A DNA stretch of 64,000 bases from Cycas panzhihuaensis (Eukaryota > Plantae > Cycadophyta): NCBI GenBank assembly GCA_023213395.1, contig CM041465.1, positions 173,111,741 to 173,175,740 on the forward strand, given 5' to 3'. The notes under the pieces are model-generated. The model was given only the letters and a program-made list of their open reading frames with translations. It was not told the origin of the DNA and did not search any database. The position numbers were made by a program, and so were the translations under genes. Shown in pieces: positions 1-13,400 of this stretch (the first letter of the stretch is position 1; each line of letters starts with the position of its first letter).

Positions 1-420
1 TCTCACATGCTTCTTCATTCCCTAAGGAATTTTCTCCATAGAATGTTCTAAACCTTCCACTCTCCCTTCATCATGTCTTGCTTCCTAGCTCAAAATTGTC
101 ATCCCTCTTATAAAAACTTGTCATGTCCATCTCCGCCTTCCAAACTTCCCTATAACCAACACTTTTTACCCCGCATTAATTCCTTCATATAGTTTTACAA
201 TCGTCTTGGGACCCCCATTAAAACCTTTTTCCCAAAACGAACATCTATCACTAATCCCACTTCCATCTTATTTCCATGAGACCTCTAGTTGTCCAACCAA
301 CCCCTTATCGAATCAAATTCCAGGTCTCATATACCTCTCACTATACACTTTTTTTGTTCCTATTACCCACACAACAATTTATACTTTGAGAGCAAAGTAT
401 TCTAAGGGGATGGGAGTTTT
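1..420 (-). mobile_element. Very degenerate LINE (L1) ORF2 fragment, post-RT region
   Basis: Minus-strand remnants TWNLIR...WKW...RFWE resemble the W(N/K).I...W..G.G..I.FW.D block of plant L1 ORF2. No intact frame. Confidence 0.35.
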
Positions 421-466
421 TTAATGCCTAATTATGTGAATTTCATTTTTTAGGAGAATAAGGAGT

Positions 467-814
467 TGTTAATATGAAGTTGGTATTTAGGAGAGAGAAC
501 AAGAAGTCAGTTTCTAATAACAGATTAAATAGGCCGCATCCTATGGCTATAAATAGGGGAGCACTATTCATTTGTGAGTCATCTTAGAGAAATTGTATCT
601 AATCTAGAAATGATGGCCTAGAGTCATTAGGGTACTGTTGTGCCATTGGGAGGAAACCCTCACCACTAGGAGGGCAACTATTCTGAGCTTTCATCTAATA
701 TTATTTTTATTTGCCATTGAAATTCTAATATTATTTATGTGAGATATTTTATAATGTTATTTATGATGTAATTGTTATATTTTCTGTTATATAATTTGTG
801 GGCCTGCCACAACA
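467..814 (+). repeat. Probable LTR remnant
   Basis: TGTT...AACA termini, an internal CTATAAATAG TATA-like box and an AT-rich U5-like tail. No TSD found. Confidence 0.3.
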
Positions 815-1985
815 TGAAAATTTATCACATTAAAATAAATCAACAATTTGTAGAATGTAGGAAAAGTTCAACACAAAAATTAGATCATGAAGATTCAAAC
901 ATGTCTTTGGTGGCATCCATTGGGCATGCAGGGGATCCAATTTTCTATTGGGCTCTATTTTTTTTTATTATCCATTAATAGTATGGATTATGGCTAGTAA
1001 TGAGCAACTATGTTATTAACTATACATTAGAGTTTTCCAAGTTAAGATTTGTTTTGACCACTTAAGGTTGTGTTGACCCAACTAGGATTAGATCAAGCTC
1101 ATTAATTAAACCCACCAACACTAAGGTTGCTTATTATAATACATTTTGATAATCCAATTAAGACACAAATTATAATAGATAGGCCCCCATGGAGAAGGCA
1201 TCCTAGAACTACTTCATCTATACGCTAAAGCTTTTCTTTACAGACTCATCCATCTCAAGCAAGACCCTATAGGGCTAGCCCAATGCAAATAGGAAAATTT
1301 GTCATATTTGCACAATGGTTATTATTGTGTCTATTGGATTTTTATCGTTTGAATCTCTTCCCATTATCATTATATTGCCAATGTACTTGCGATGTTTAGG
1401 TTTTATAATGGATTTCTAACTGAAAATGATTGTTGTTACCTTGGAGCACTTTCTTATCCGATGCACAATGTTCTATTATTTTGTCTGGTGTGGACCCAAA
1501 CAATTAATGTTTTTGTCTTAGATACATTAGTTCATGGCATTCTAGATTTTTGCCATTTTGGGACACAACTAAAGCAAACCCGGACTAGGGGTTTTTAAAG
1601 TCAGTCAAGTTAACCAACCTTACTTATGCCTAGTTGAGTCAACACTCCCTTCTGATCAACACAAATGCTAAGAAAAACCCAATACACAATTAATACCATA
1701 AATGCCCAATGCATATTACTAACCCTATTCCACATCATCAATAAATGATATCAAAACCTAAACCAAGTTGATAATTGAATTCACCACAAACAAGATTGTC
1801 CAATTCAATAATCTATTCATCCTCTATATTGGCAGGTTGAAGGACTAGTCTAACAAAAATATAGGGCAATCCTATAAGGAAGCCTATGATCAATCTATTG
1901 CTAAATGTGCATTTGTAACACATTACCCACACATTGCAAATTTTTGAAAATAGTAAAAACCTAGCCTATAGTTTTAGAGCAAGCA

Positions 1986-4900
1986 TGTTAGAAAATAAAA
2001 TCACACCCTAATACCATAACATATGTGAAAGCAATAACTCAACATAATGATATTAACATGAGGACTCACAACAATGAGTTGATATAAGATATAACATGAA
2101 ATATAAGTAAAATAAAATATGCACCGTAACACAAGACAACATGAGTTGGGGGAAATGATCATGATCATCTCCAATATTGCATTATAAAAAAGGTACATAC
2201 TTATAGAAATAGTCTACCTCATAGAGGTCTAATGGTGTTGGAGGGCCTCTAAGATAACCTATGAGAATACATGAATATATGAGCTATAAACACATATTTT
2301 AATAATGCTCATAGACTAGTATATGCACAACCATGCACCTCTTTAAGATGTATATGCACAATTTTTGGGAGATGACTATTACAATAATCATGGATTAACC
2401 ATAGATTAAACATTATTTTCCTACACTCCCCCATAATGTTTAATCTTGTTTTTTTTTTGTTACATTACCAAACTTTGTCTTTGTCTCTAAAATGGTTCAC
2501 ATGTGCTTCCTTTTGTGCTTATTCCTCTTCTCCAATTGTTGAGAAGAAATTTGACTTCACCTTGCTAAGACTCACAACATTGAGTTTATGATCTTACAAA
2601 GTAGTCAACCTATTTTAGGTGTCCACTTGTAATTACCTACAATCCAACACCATTAATAAAGCACAAGTATCCAGCAACTAACCGTTGCTAACCTTAAGTA
2701 AACATGCTATAAATTTTATTACCATCTACAAAGGATATCCCAACCATGAACTCATTGCATAATTTCACTTAATGAAACTAAATGCAAGGTTCAAATGAAG
2801 CACTTAACTACCTACCATAAATGCAAATGCATTCCATTATCAATGTAACATTTTGCACATGTATTTCTCATTTAAAAGAGGTTATCACATGAGCACTTAT
2901 TTATCAAAACCAATATTTTAACAATTTCGGATGAAAATATGTCTAAAAATGTTTCAAAAATGAACTAGTAAAAGGTTTCTACACCACTTGCCCAAAATTC
3001 AATCTTAAAAAACTATCAAAAATCAAAACCCAATATAGGCTTACAACTACTTATTTTGAAGGCATTGAAACATTCTTATGCTCTTGACAAAACTAAAATC
3101 CAAGTTCAAATGCAAAAATTATAACAAAAAAAATGCAGTTAGGTATGAAAATGTGGCATTAGGCATGTTAGTTGGGTGTTTATCCCTTTCCCATTTAGCT
3201 CCTAGGCTTTGATTTTCACCATGTGATTGACTACTTATGTCTTATGTTCTAAGGCAAACTTCAAACTTTCATTCAATTTAATTTAATATAATCCAACCTT
3301 TCTAAACAAATTAAAAACTTTTAAAAAATAATACGCCATTTTATTTTTTTACATTTGTGCATTGTTTTGCCATTGACTTGTGATTTTAGAAGGGGAGAAT
3401 CACTTGTAATGAAGAGCAATCTATTTGTGTTTAAAGCTGCAAGTTACATGGCTTCACAGCTATCTTTGATCTTTCTACTTGACATTTCTCTCACCATGTC
3501 TCCACAACATTGATATTTGGTAGCTTCTCTCCACAACTTCTTCCTTATGTGTTGCTTAGCTTTGATTTGCAAGGGTTTAACCTCCTCTAGGATCTCCCAT
3601 GCCTCAAATCTTCCATAGAGTAACCCACAACTCTTCACTGCTATAATGCCTACCTCTATTAGCATTTGGCTTAAATTTCTAGTGCTTGTTTTACATTCTA
3701 AGCTTCACATCCTCACATCTGCCGATCAATTCAACAATCTACATTCAAATTTATGCTCTACAATTTCCTTTGTGGGGTCCACTATCTCTTTTATGAATTG
3801 GGCTCCTTCAAAACCTCGTGGGTTTTTTCTATCTCTCAACAATATTTCAAAGTTTCAATGGATATGTCAATAGATCTACTTTTCTTTCCTCTTCTTTGGC
3901 TTCACTTCGGCAATGAATTCTAAACACTCACAACAACCTCTGAAAATGAGCCATAATTCTTCACTGATTTGCTTCAATTCGACTAAGGGTTTTTGTAACT
4001 TTCTTTTCACAAGTTTTCATTCTTTCAGTTGTAGATCTCCATGTGCCTTCAATATCTTCTCTTTTATTTTCGTTTTGAGTATTTGACTTCTCTATTCTTC
4101 AACGAACAAACACAAACACTTCAGGGTTTCAACAATTCTACTTCATCACTTACTGTTATTGCACTTTCATTTAACATCTCCAACATTCAAATTAATTGAA
4201 TTACCATCAACTCAACGATAATCTACCTCATGGGCACCTTTGCGACTACTTTGTGGGCTCCATTCAACTAACAACTACCCACAAATCATCGTCATTGCAA
4301 GGTAATCAAGCTTGCATTCGTGATCTTCACACACAAACCAACACCACTCACTTCCCAACTAACATGGGGTACCCCTCATCAACAGTAGGTCATCAAAACC
4401 TCATTCATGCCCATCTCACAACCTCCACATCATGTGAGACTTAATCCATCCATATGTTATATATCCCCTTAATCAAATATATTAAATAATTAAGATTGTG
4501 GACCAAGCTTTAAAACTTTAGCATGCAATATTTTTACGTGCACCACATGCATAAATATAGTCCCTTGAATCAATATTAAGAATAATCTCATCATAAATTC
4601 AAAATCCCAACTTCGCAGCTCCCCCAATCCATACTCCTCTATTATATTAAGCATAACATCTGCTAAAAAGTTCCAATAAAATCTTTCAAGCAAACATAAT
4701 TAATATATCTACAAGATACTTTCAACACAATTCTGACAGATTAAAACATGTACTCATAGCCTCCCAAGGATCAAACTATTAAGCTTTGATATAATGCTAG
4801 AAAATAAAATCACACTTTGATGCTGTAACATATGTGAGAGTAATAAATCAACATAATGATGTTAACATGAGAACTCTCAACAATGAGCTGATATAAGATC

Positions 4901-5206
4901 TAATGTGAACTATAAATAAAATGAAGTGTGCACCATGACATAGACAATGAGTGTCGGGGGAAATGATCATCTTCAATATTGCATTATGAAAGAGTACATA
5001 CTTATAGATACAATCCACCTCATAGAGGTTTAAGGTAACTTATGAGAATACATGAATATGTGAGCTATAAACACATATTTTAATAATGCTCACAAATTAA
5101 TATCTATAAAAGTGTGCACCTCTTTAAGATATGTATGCACAACATTTTAGGGATGACTATTACAATAATCATGGATCAACCATAGATTAAACATTATTCT
5201 CCAACA
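1986..5206 (-). mobile_element. Element A: old non-autonomous or decayed LTR retrotransposon (3.2 kb)
   Basis: LTRs 1986-2425 and 4795-5206 (about 85% identical by hand); TSD AAGCA at 1981-1985 and 5207-5211; degenerate tRNA-iMet PBS at 4783-4794; PPT from 2426. No recognisable pol domains inside. Confidence 0.88.
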
Positions 5207-6420
5207 AAGCATAGTTTATGAACACCCAAAACCAATTTTTCTATTCATTACAAACAAGCAAAAATGTTCTTATGGTTAAGATGTCATAGCATGAACTGAC
5301 AATTTGATTATGCTCTTAAGATAGCAATCCTTTTATATGAAGACTAATATATCACTAAAAACACCGGCTTCTGTTGAACAAGTACATCAACATTTCGTTA
5401 CTACTCACCTCGAACAGGGTGCTAACAACACTTTGAGCAGAAAGGCACAAGCGAGAACCAGGTATGATGACTAGCAATGGAGCCAAAGACAAGTATAAAC
5501 ACAGCCAAAATTTCTGATCAGAAAGCAGTACAAGTTATTCAGATGTGTATCAAAGGAAGAATGCCCCAAAAAGGCTGACAAGCTACAACCCTGAAGAAAT
5601 TAAAATAAACTCCAGAAAAAAAACCCTCAAAGGACAGGCAGAATAAGCATGCTACAAAGAGTACTACAACCCTAACATCCCCAGAATACAGACCCTGAAA
5701 TCCCCTGGAATTCATGAGGTTCTGAAGTTGCCCCTTGGAAGAATACAGATGTTGGCAGAAAACAGAGCAATGGCAAACCAACTGATATTCGGTATTAGCA
5801 AAGAAACTTCAAAGGAAAGAGTATATCTTCTTTGCAACACTAAATGAGTACAGAAAACCACATACCATTAAACTGTGGGGAAGATAACCAAATGAGAAGC
5901 AAGAACCAGAATATCTTCACAAGAGATATCAAAGAAGACCAGGAGCTATCTGACCCATCCAATAACTAGAACACTTCCTGACTGCAGTGAATAAATATTA
6001 CCATGTGGTGCTACAAAGTGGAGTTTGAGAGAATGATCCAACATGCCTGATAACTGCAGAACAGTTCATGACTGAAGAGATGAAATATTACTGCATGATA
6101 CCGGAAAGTGAAATCTAAGAGGCTGACTACTCTTTAGAAGCTACTTTCTAAATTAATACTACTACTTATTCTATGCCTTGTTCACTGCAGCCTTTTAATA
6201 CTTCCAGGAAGGACCACTAACACAAACCTGATTTGAAATTCTCATTTTCAAGTGTATCTCATAACTTTTCCTATTAATTGAACAATGTAATGCAACAAAC
6301 TAAAAAGCATAACCCATAGGCCTATTTTAGCATGCACACCCCATTCTCTTACTAACTCATTCACACACAAGCCTACACACACATGAAAAGAGAGAAATCA
6401 ACAAGAAGATATTCTCATAC

Positions 6421-6498
6421 CTTTTTCACATAGGTCTTGTTGTGGGCATTAACAAAACAACAACATTGTTTATATTGATCAAAATGTTGAGTCCACTT
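6421..6498 (-). CDS. SIN2: Next internal exon (78 nt, phase 0-0) of the same GTPase, carrying the G5-like NAH segment
   Basis: Minus strand reads aaaacctgcag|AAGTGGACT...GTGAAAAAG|gtatga and translates to KWTQHFDQYKQCCCFVNAHNKTYVKK. It is colinear with the recalled SIN2 segment KWTRHFESSKQDCIAINAHSRSSVMK and continues the previous exon in frame. Confidence 0.92.
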
Positions 6499-6523
6499 CT
6501 GCAGGTTTTCAGTCCAGAGTCAG

Positions 6524-6526
<3 letters not shown>

Positions 6527-6573
<47 letters not shown>

Positions 6574-6594
6574 TACACACACCAAAAAAAAAAA
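6527..6594. repeat. Compound microsatellite (TC)15(AC)~13 followed by an A run
   Basis: Directly visible, starting about 28 nt into the intron from the acceptor of the 78-nt exon. Confidence 0.97.
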
Positions 6595-7329
6595 CTAAAA
6601 AGGTCTTTGCAAGAAAAGGAAATAAGCCAAAGTACACATTCATGTACTATTAGTGTAGAATCTGTAGGATTTCCCTAGGTAGGGCTATTTAAGCACAAAT
6701 ATCAAAATGATTGATAAAGAGTGGCACATGTCAATAATATGCAAACATCAAGAAATAAATGCAAGCATCAAAAAATATAGATGAACATTAGACAACACAC
6801 ACACAATTTGATCATCAACATACACATAGGCACAAGACCATGACAGGGAAAAGCGAAGATCATTTTGTACTTATTTCCACTTCATAGAGATAAGACTACA
6901 AATTTTTAAGGCAGCTTCTTTACTACTACCACAGTGTCTATTTGTACAAGAGATGGCAATTATACAATAGACACAATATATCCCTTTGTTTGTGTTATTG
7001 ATTGCATTTGGATTACATTATGGCTTAAATACATAAACATTATCATATGAACACGCATACCATATATGTGATAGGCACACAATGCACACAACATAAATCA
7101 ATTGTACGAGGGAAAGAAGTACACAAACGACAACCAGTCATGTTAAGATTCACTCTACAATGGGTGAATAATTGAATTGATTCATATGGGAGAGTTCATT
7201 TGTCTTAAATATACATCAAGGAACTGTAATCGATATGTGTCCAGTTGACACTTGTCATGTTTACATAAAGAGGGTTTTAATATATTATCCTCGTGTCTTA
7301 ATAATAAAACATTACATCTTAACACCCTC

Positions 7330-10176
7330 TCTTAATGTTTTATCAGGCCTAACTTGTCTCTAAGAAATTGAAATTTCTCCTTGTTGAGTGGTTTTGTTAT
7401 GATATTTGCAACCTATTCATTTGTTGGGCAATATGTCAAATCAATCTCCTTGTTTTGCACCTTTTTCCTTATAAAGTGATGATGTACTTCAGTGTGCTTC
7501 GTTCGACCATGAAGAACTAGATTTTTCGTCAACTTAATTGCAGTTTGATTTTCACAAAAGAGTGTTGTTGACTTTTGCTATTGTTGATCCAAATCTGCCA
7601 GAAGTTGTCTTAACCAGGTTGCTTCACAAGAAGCGCTGACTACTAACTTATATTTTGCTTCTATGGATGATAATGCGATTGTTGACTTTCGTCTGCTGCT
7701 CCACGAGATTGTAGTCGATCCAAAAAACAAACAATATCCGCTTGTCGATTACCTTTCTTCTTTATCTCTTGCCTAGTCTAAGTCGCAAAACCCAATCAAT
7801 TGTCCTCATTTCACTTTTGGATAGATGAATTTTAGGTCAGTTGTTCCTTTCAGATATCTGAGTATTCTTTTTGCATCTTTTCAGTGAGTCGGTCTTGGAT
7901 CCTACATGTGTCTAGGAACTAGATCAACAGAGTATGATATGTCAGGTCTAGTTGCAGTGAGATATATCAAACTTCCAATTAGTTGTCTGTACAGAGTTGC
8001 ATCAACTAAAGCTTCTTCATTTGATTGAGTCAAATCACAGCCGATTTCTATAGGAGTTGCACAACTGTTGCATTCTCCCATTTTAAATTTTGTTAACAAA
8101 TTTTTTATATATTTACCTTTAGATAAGGTGATTGAATCCCCTTTTTGATTGACTTCTATACCAATATAGTAATTTAGAATTCCTAGGTCTGTCATTTCAA
8201 ACCCTTTTTCTAGTTTTGCCTTTATATCTGCCATGGATCCTGTGTCACTTCCTATGAGGATCATGTCATCTACATAGACCATGATTATTGTGATCAGTCT
8301 CACTCTTTTTTATGTATAGACTAGAATCTGAGCCACAACTATGAAATCCGTTTTGAGTGAGATATCTGTCCAACATGACATACCATGCCCTTGGAGCTTG
8401 CTTCAATCCATATAAAGCCTTTTTTAATGTGCACACAAGATTTCCTTTGCCTTTCTAAATGTATCCTTCTGGTTGACTCATATAAACTTCTTCCTCGAGT
8501 TCTCCATTCAAGAAGGCACTTTTTACATCTAACTGATAAATCTTCCAATTAAATTGAGCAGCAAGGGCTATTACCGTTCTCACAATATTTAATTTTGCTA
8601 CAAGTGAAAAAGTTTCTTCATAATCTATCCATGTTGTCTAGGTGTATCCTTTAGCCACTAATCTAGCTTTATACCTTTCTACTTCACCATTAGAATTTTC
8701 TTTTATTTTATGCACCCATTTGCAATTTATAACAAGCTTACCTGTAGGTAGATCAACTAGTTCCCATGTCTGGTTTTTAAAAATTGATTCCATTTCCACA
8801 TTCATTGCAATTTGCCATTCTTAGTGTTGTTTTGCTTCTTCGTAAGATTGTGGTTCAACAAGGTTGAATAGAGCCTGATGTTTTTGGCTTCTTGTTCTGT
8901 GTGTAAACACATCTCCTTTGCCTTCCTCCACTATCTTGAGATACCATTTTGGTATCTTCTTGAACGTCGTTTCTTTTTCTTTGTCTTCTTCAGCACTGGA
9001 GTCTGTTGGAGGCGAGAGTGCCCTCTCTGATTCTTCTACTTCAACAGTTTCTATGTCTTCTAAAGTAATTCTTGAGATTTCTTCAAATGGAGATTCTTTT
9101 GGAAGAATTATCTTTGGTGACTCTTCAATCTTTTGATGCAGTGGTGAACCTTTTACAATGTCATTTTCATTATATACAACACCTCTACTTATATAGATCT
9201 TATTTGTATTTGGATCTATATGTTTATAGGATTTTGAATTTTTGTTATAGCTTATCATTATACATTTTATGCTTTTACAATCAAGCTTTGATCTCTTTTT
9301 GTCTGGAATATGAACAAAGGCGTGGCATCCAAAAATATTTAAGTTACTTACATCTGGTTTGTACCCCGTCCAGGCCTCTTCAGGAGTAATTTGATCTAGA
9401 GCATGTGTTGGACTTCGATTTATGAGGTAAACAGTTGTGTTTATTGCCTTTGCCCAGTAAGTCTTCAATACTTGTCTTTCTTGAATCATACTTCGATCCA
9501 TCTCCATGATCTCTTTGTTTTTGTGTTCAACCACTCCATTTGACCGAGATGTCTTTAGAGTTTTGAACTGTCGTTGAATTCCATGCATTCTATAGAAATT
9601 CAGGAATTCTTTCGAGATGTATTCTCCACCTTCGTTAAATCTGATGTATTTTATTTAGGCTCCGCACTTAAGTTCGACTTCTGCTTTGAATTCTTCAAGG
9701 ACTTCAGATTTACTATAAAGAAAGTAAATCCATACTTTTCTAGAGAAATCATCAATGAAGGTGAGAAAATATTTAGCTCCATTTATGGAACATGGAGTGA
9801 TCGGACCACATAGATTAGTGTGAATTAACTCTAATTTGTTTTTTCCTCTCCATTCACCTTTTTGAAAAGGAAAACGATGTTTTTCCAAGAAAGCAACCTT
9901 TACAAACAAGAGGATGAAATGAGACATTGGAAAGACCAGTAACCATTCCTGAGTTACACAACAATTCTAATCTATCAAAGGAGATATGCCCATACTTCAA
10001 ATGCTAAAGTTTGTTATTATCAATATTTACAAGAGTATATGCTTTTACATCTTTGTTTCCAACAAACAGGGTTAGAAAGCACTCTGTACAAATCATTGCT
10101 CTCTATTCCCTTGGCAATTTCAATACCACCCTTTTTCATATCCAGAATATGACAACAACCTTTTTCGTCAAAAATA
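7330..10176 (-). pseudogene. Element B pol, 3' part (integrase, RT, RNase H), disrupted
   Basis: ORF fragments contain LELIHTNLCGP, FLTFIDDFSRK, VYVDDMIL and LYRQLIGSLIYL, with many stops and frameshifts. Confidence 0.93.
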
Positions 10177-10462
10177 TGTTAAAAGTTACTCAGATAGCAA
10201 ATGAATGTACTCGATTGAATATTAGAGAGAGATCTCTGAAAATAAATACATTTAGGGCTCGTAACCACCTTTGAACTGATTGGAACTGAAACATGCCAGA
10301 AAAACACTTGTCTAACGTGTTCACCAATATGACTTAAGTTACATTAATGAGGTGTCCATAGCAACTCCCCTTGAGCCCCTTTATTTCATAGATAAAACAT
10401 TATATCCTAACACCCTCTCTTAATGTTTTATCCCTTTAATCTTATCTTATCTCTAAGAATTT

Positions 10463-13400
10463 TGATGGAGAGAGGGTGCAAACAGTGATTCAATCTATAA
10501 ATGGAAGCAAACCATTCAGGAACATAGACAGGTGCACCAGATCTGGCAGGTGGAAAACACCTTTAGGGGATAAAAAACCACCTTTGAAATAAGAATAATA
10601 TTAAGATAATAATGATGAATATACATTGTAGCAGGTTGAGGATCTCATCCTCCCTCTTTGACTAATTGGATCTTCTACCTACGTACCAACAGAATATTGT
10701 CTCCCCAATCTTCCAGCTAGCCAATGTGTGAAAATTTCTGGAATAGATGGGAGAGAAGTTTGTTGATTTGGACAGTTGGCCAAATCACAGAACTTTTGTA
10801 ATAATGCAATAATCTTAATTAAATATATAATAAAAGATAACATTAGAGCTTAACATTAGCATCCCCCTTTAATGTTATCTTTTCTACAATATATGATATA
10901 GAAGATAAAGAAGTCTTTAGCATGTTGATCCCCCTTTGATGGAGAGTTTTTTAATCTTCAATAAATCTCGAAGCTTTAAAAACTTAACTTCAATCAATGG
11001 CTTTATAAGAATATATGCAATCTGCACATCTGTAGGACAATAAGATAAATGAATAGTTTCATCATTTACAAGATTACATATAAAATGTTGATATAATTCG
11101 ATATGTTTTGTCCTTGAATGAGCAACAGGATTAGTAGCAATAGATATAGGTCCTTGATTATCAACATGAAGTTTAATGGATGAATTAGGAAATAAACCAA
11201 ATTCACTTAAAAGGGATTTAATCTAGTGTGATTCTTTGTTGGCTTCAACAAGAGCTCGATATTCAACTTCAATTGTGGATAAGGCTAATGCTTGTATCTT
11301 TTTGCTAGACCAAGTAATTGGTGAAGAATCTAAAAAGAAAATATAACCAACTGTAGATTTATGGTCATCAGAGTCTCCCCGCCTAATCAACTGTAACTGT
11401 TAATTTTAAGTTATTCTTGCAAGAATTATAGGTTAAGCCATAGAGTGTTGTACCTTGTAGGTATCTTAAAATCCGTTTTGCTGCTTTCCAATGAGACTCA
11501 TGAGAATTTTGCATACATTTGGAGCATAAAGCAACAACATAGGATATATCAAGACGAGTGTGAGTTAGGTAAATGAGACTGCCTATTAGCTGTCAATATG
11601 TTGTAGGATCACAAAGTGGTGTGGAACAATTAGTGGATAGTTTAATACCTGATTGTAAAGGATTTGGAGCCTATTTAACATTTTCCATATTAAATCGTTT
11701 GATTAAGTCTAAAATATATTTAGGTTGAGATATCGTTATTTTAGAATCAGTTTGACAAATTTGTAATCCTAGAAAATAGTGTAAAAGACCTAAGTCAGAC
11801 ATTTCAAATTTGTTCATCAAGATTGATTTTAATTGATGAATCTTTGGAGTAAGGATCCAGTGATGATTATATCATCTACATAGAAAATTAAGATAGTAAT
11901 ATTGTCATTTTCGCGTCTAAAGTAGAGATTAAGATCACTAATACATTTAGTGTATCCATTTTGTATAAGATAATCATCTATTTTTGTATACCAAGCTCGA
12001 AGAGCTTGTTTTAAGCCATAGATAAATTTTCTTAATTTACAAACGAGATTAGGATTACAAACAAATCCAGGAGATTGATTCATGTAGAGTTTTTCTTTAA
12101 GATCGTCATTTAAGAAGGCACTCTTAACATCCATCCGATGGATTTCCCAACCAAATTGAGCTGCCAGAGCGATGATAGTTTTAATAGTATTCATTTTAGC
12201 TACTGGAGCAAAGGTTTCGTTATAATCAATACCATCAATCTGTGAGAAACCTTTTGCTACTAAACGAGCTTTGTACTTTTCAACTACTCCTTCAGAGTTA
12301 AACTTAGTTCGATAAACCCATTTACAATCTACCACATTCTTTCTAGGAGACAGAGTAACTAAATTCCTAGTTGAGTTTTTTTAAGAGCATCTATTTCAAC
12401 TTGCATGGCTTGTTGCCATATAGGCTTGTTACTTGCTTGTTTAAAAGTTTTGGGATCATTATTAACCATGACTTTGGCCATTAGAGCAAAATTGACTTGA
12501 AGGTTTTATGAACGAGTTCTTCTAGTATCCAAAAGATTACTAGCATCAGAACCAACATCAGAAAGAGTTTTCTGAGCCTAAACAAGTTGTTTGCTATTGT
12601 TAGTTTGTTGTTTTGGTGAAGTAGGCTGACTAGAGGTGGTTCTTTTAAAATCCAATTTTGAACTTGAGTAAATAAGGACTCAATTGATTTAGGATCAGCT
12701 TAAATGTCACTGGAATCAATTAAGTGAGTATTAGTTAACAAATTTTCAATTGGAAGTTCAACGTAAGAAGTTTTTGATGAAGAGCCTTCTTCATCGAATA
12801 TAACATCACGCAGTATTGAAATCTTATGCGTGGTTGGATTTAGAAGTTTGTAAGCTTTACTTTCTTCGTTGTAACCAACAAAGATGTATTTGAAACTTTC
12901 AGGATCAAATTTCTAGTGCTTTTCTTTAGGAATGAGCCCCCAGGGAACGCTACCAAAGATTCTTAATTGTTTAACAAAAGGTTTACGCCCAAACCATTTT
13001 TGTTCTGGCGTGATATTTTGTAAAGATTTGCATGGTAAGCGATTTAATACATAGTTGGAGCAAGCAATAGCTTCTTCCCACAACTTTAAGTCAAGACCTT
13101 TTGCATGTAACATGCATCTAGTCATCTCAACAAGTATACGGTTTTTGCGTTTAGCAACAACGTTTTGTTGAGGAGTATATGCTACACAATGTTGAAATTG
13201 TATTCCATGTTTTTTGCAATAATTAGTAAAATTGTTGCTTAAGTATTCCTTAGCATTATCTGTTCTGAAGATTTTGATTTTAGAATTTGTTTGGTTTTTT
13301 ACTAACGTTTTGAATTTAACAAAGATGTCAAATACTTGACTTCCTATTTTTAACATGTATACCCAGCATTTTCTAGAGAAGTCATTGATAAATGTAACAA

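Noticed and set aside
1895-1930. NAH codons on the minus strand as a possible SIN2 exon
   Set aside because: Flanked by in-frame stops; the true NAH exon is 6421-6498.
5464-5517. C/D box snoRNA-like ATGATGA...CTGA on the plus strand
   Set aside because: Only about 54 nt, antisense to the host intron, with no convincing terminal stem or recognisable rRNA guide.
5539-5781. 80-aa hydrophobic minus-strand ORF
   Set aside because: Non-ATG start, no homology to the expected G1-box exon, and composition explained by T-richness.
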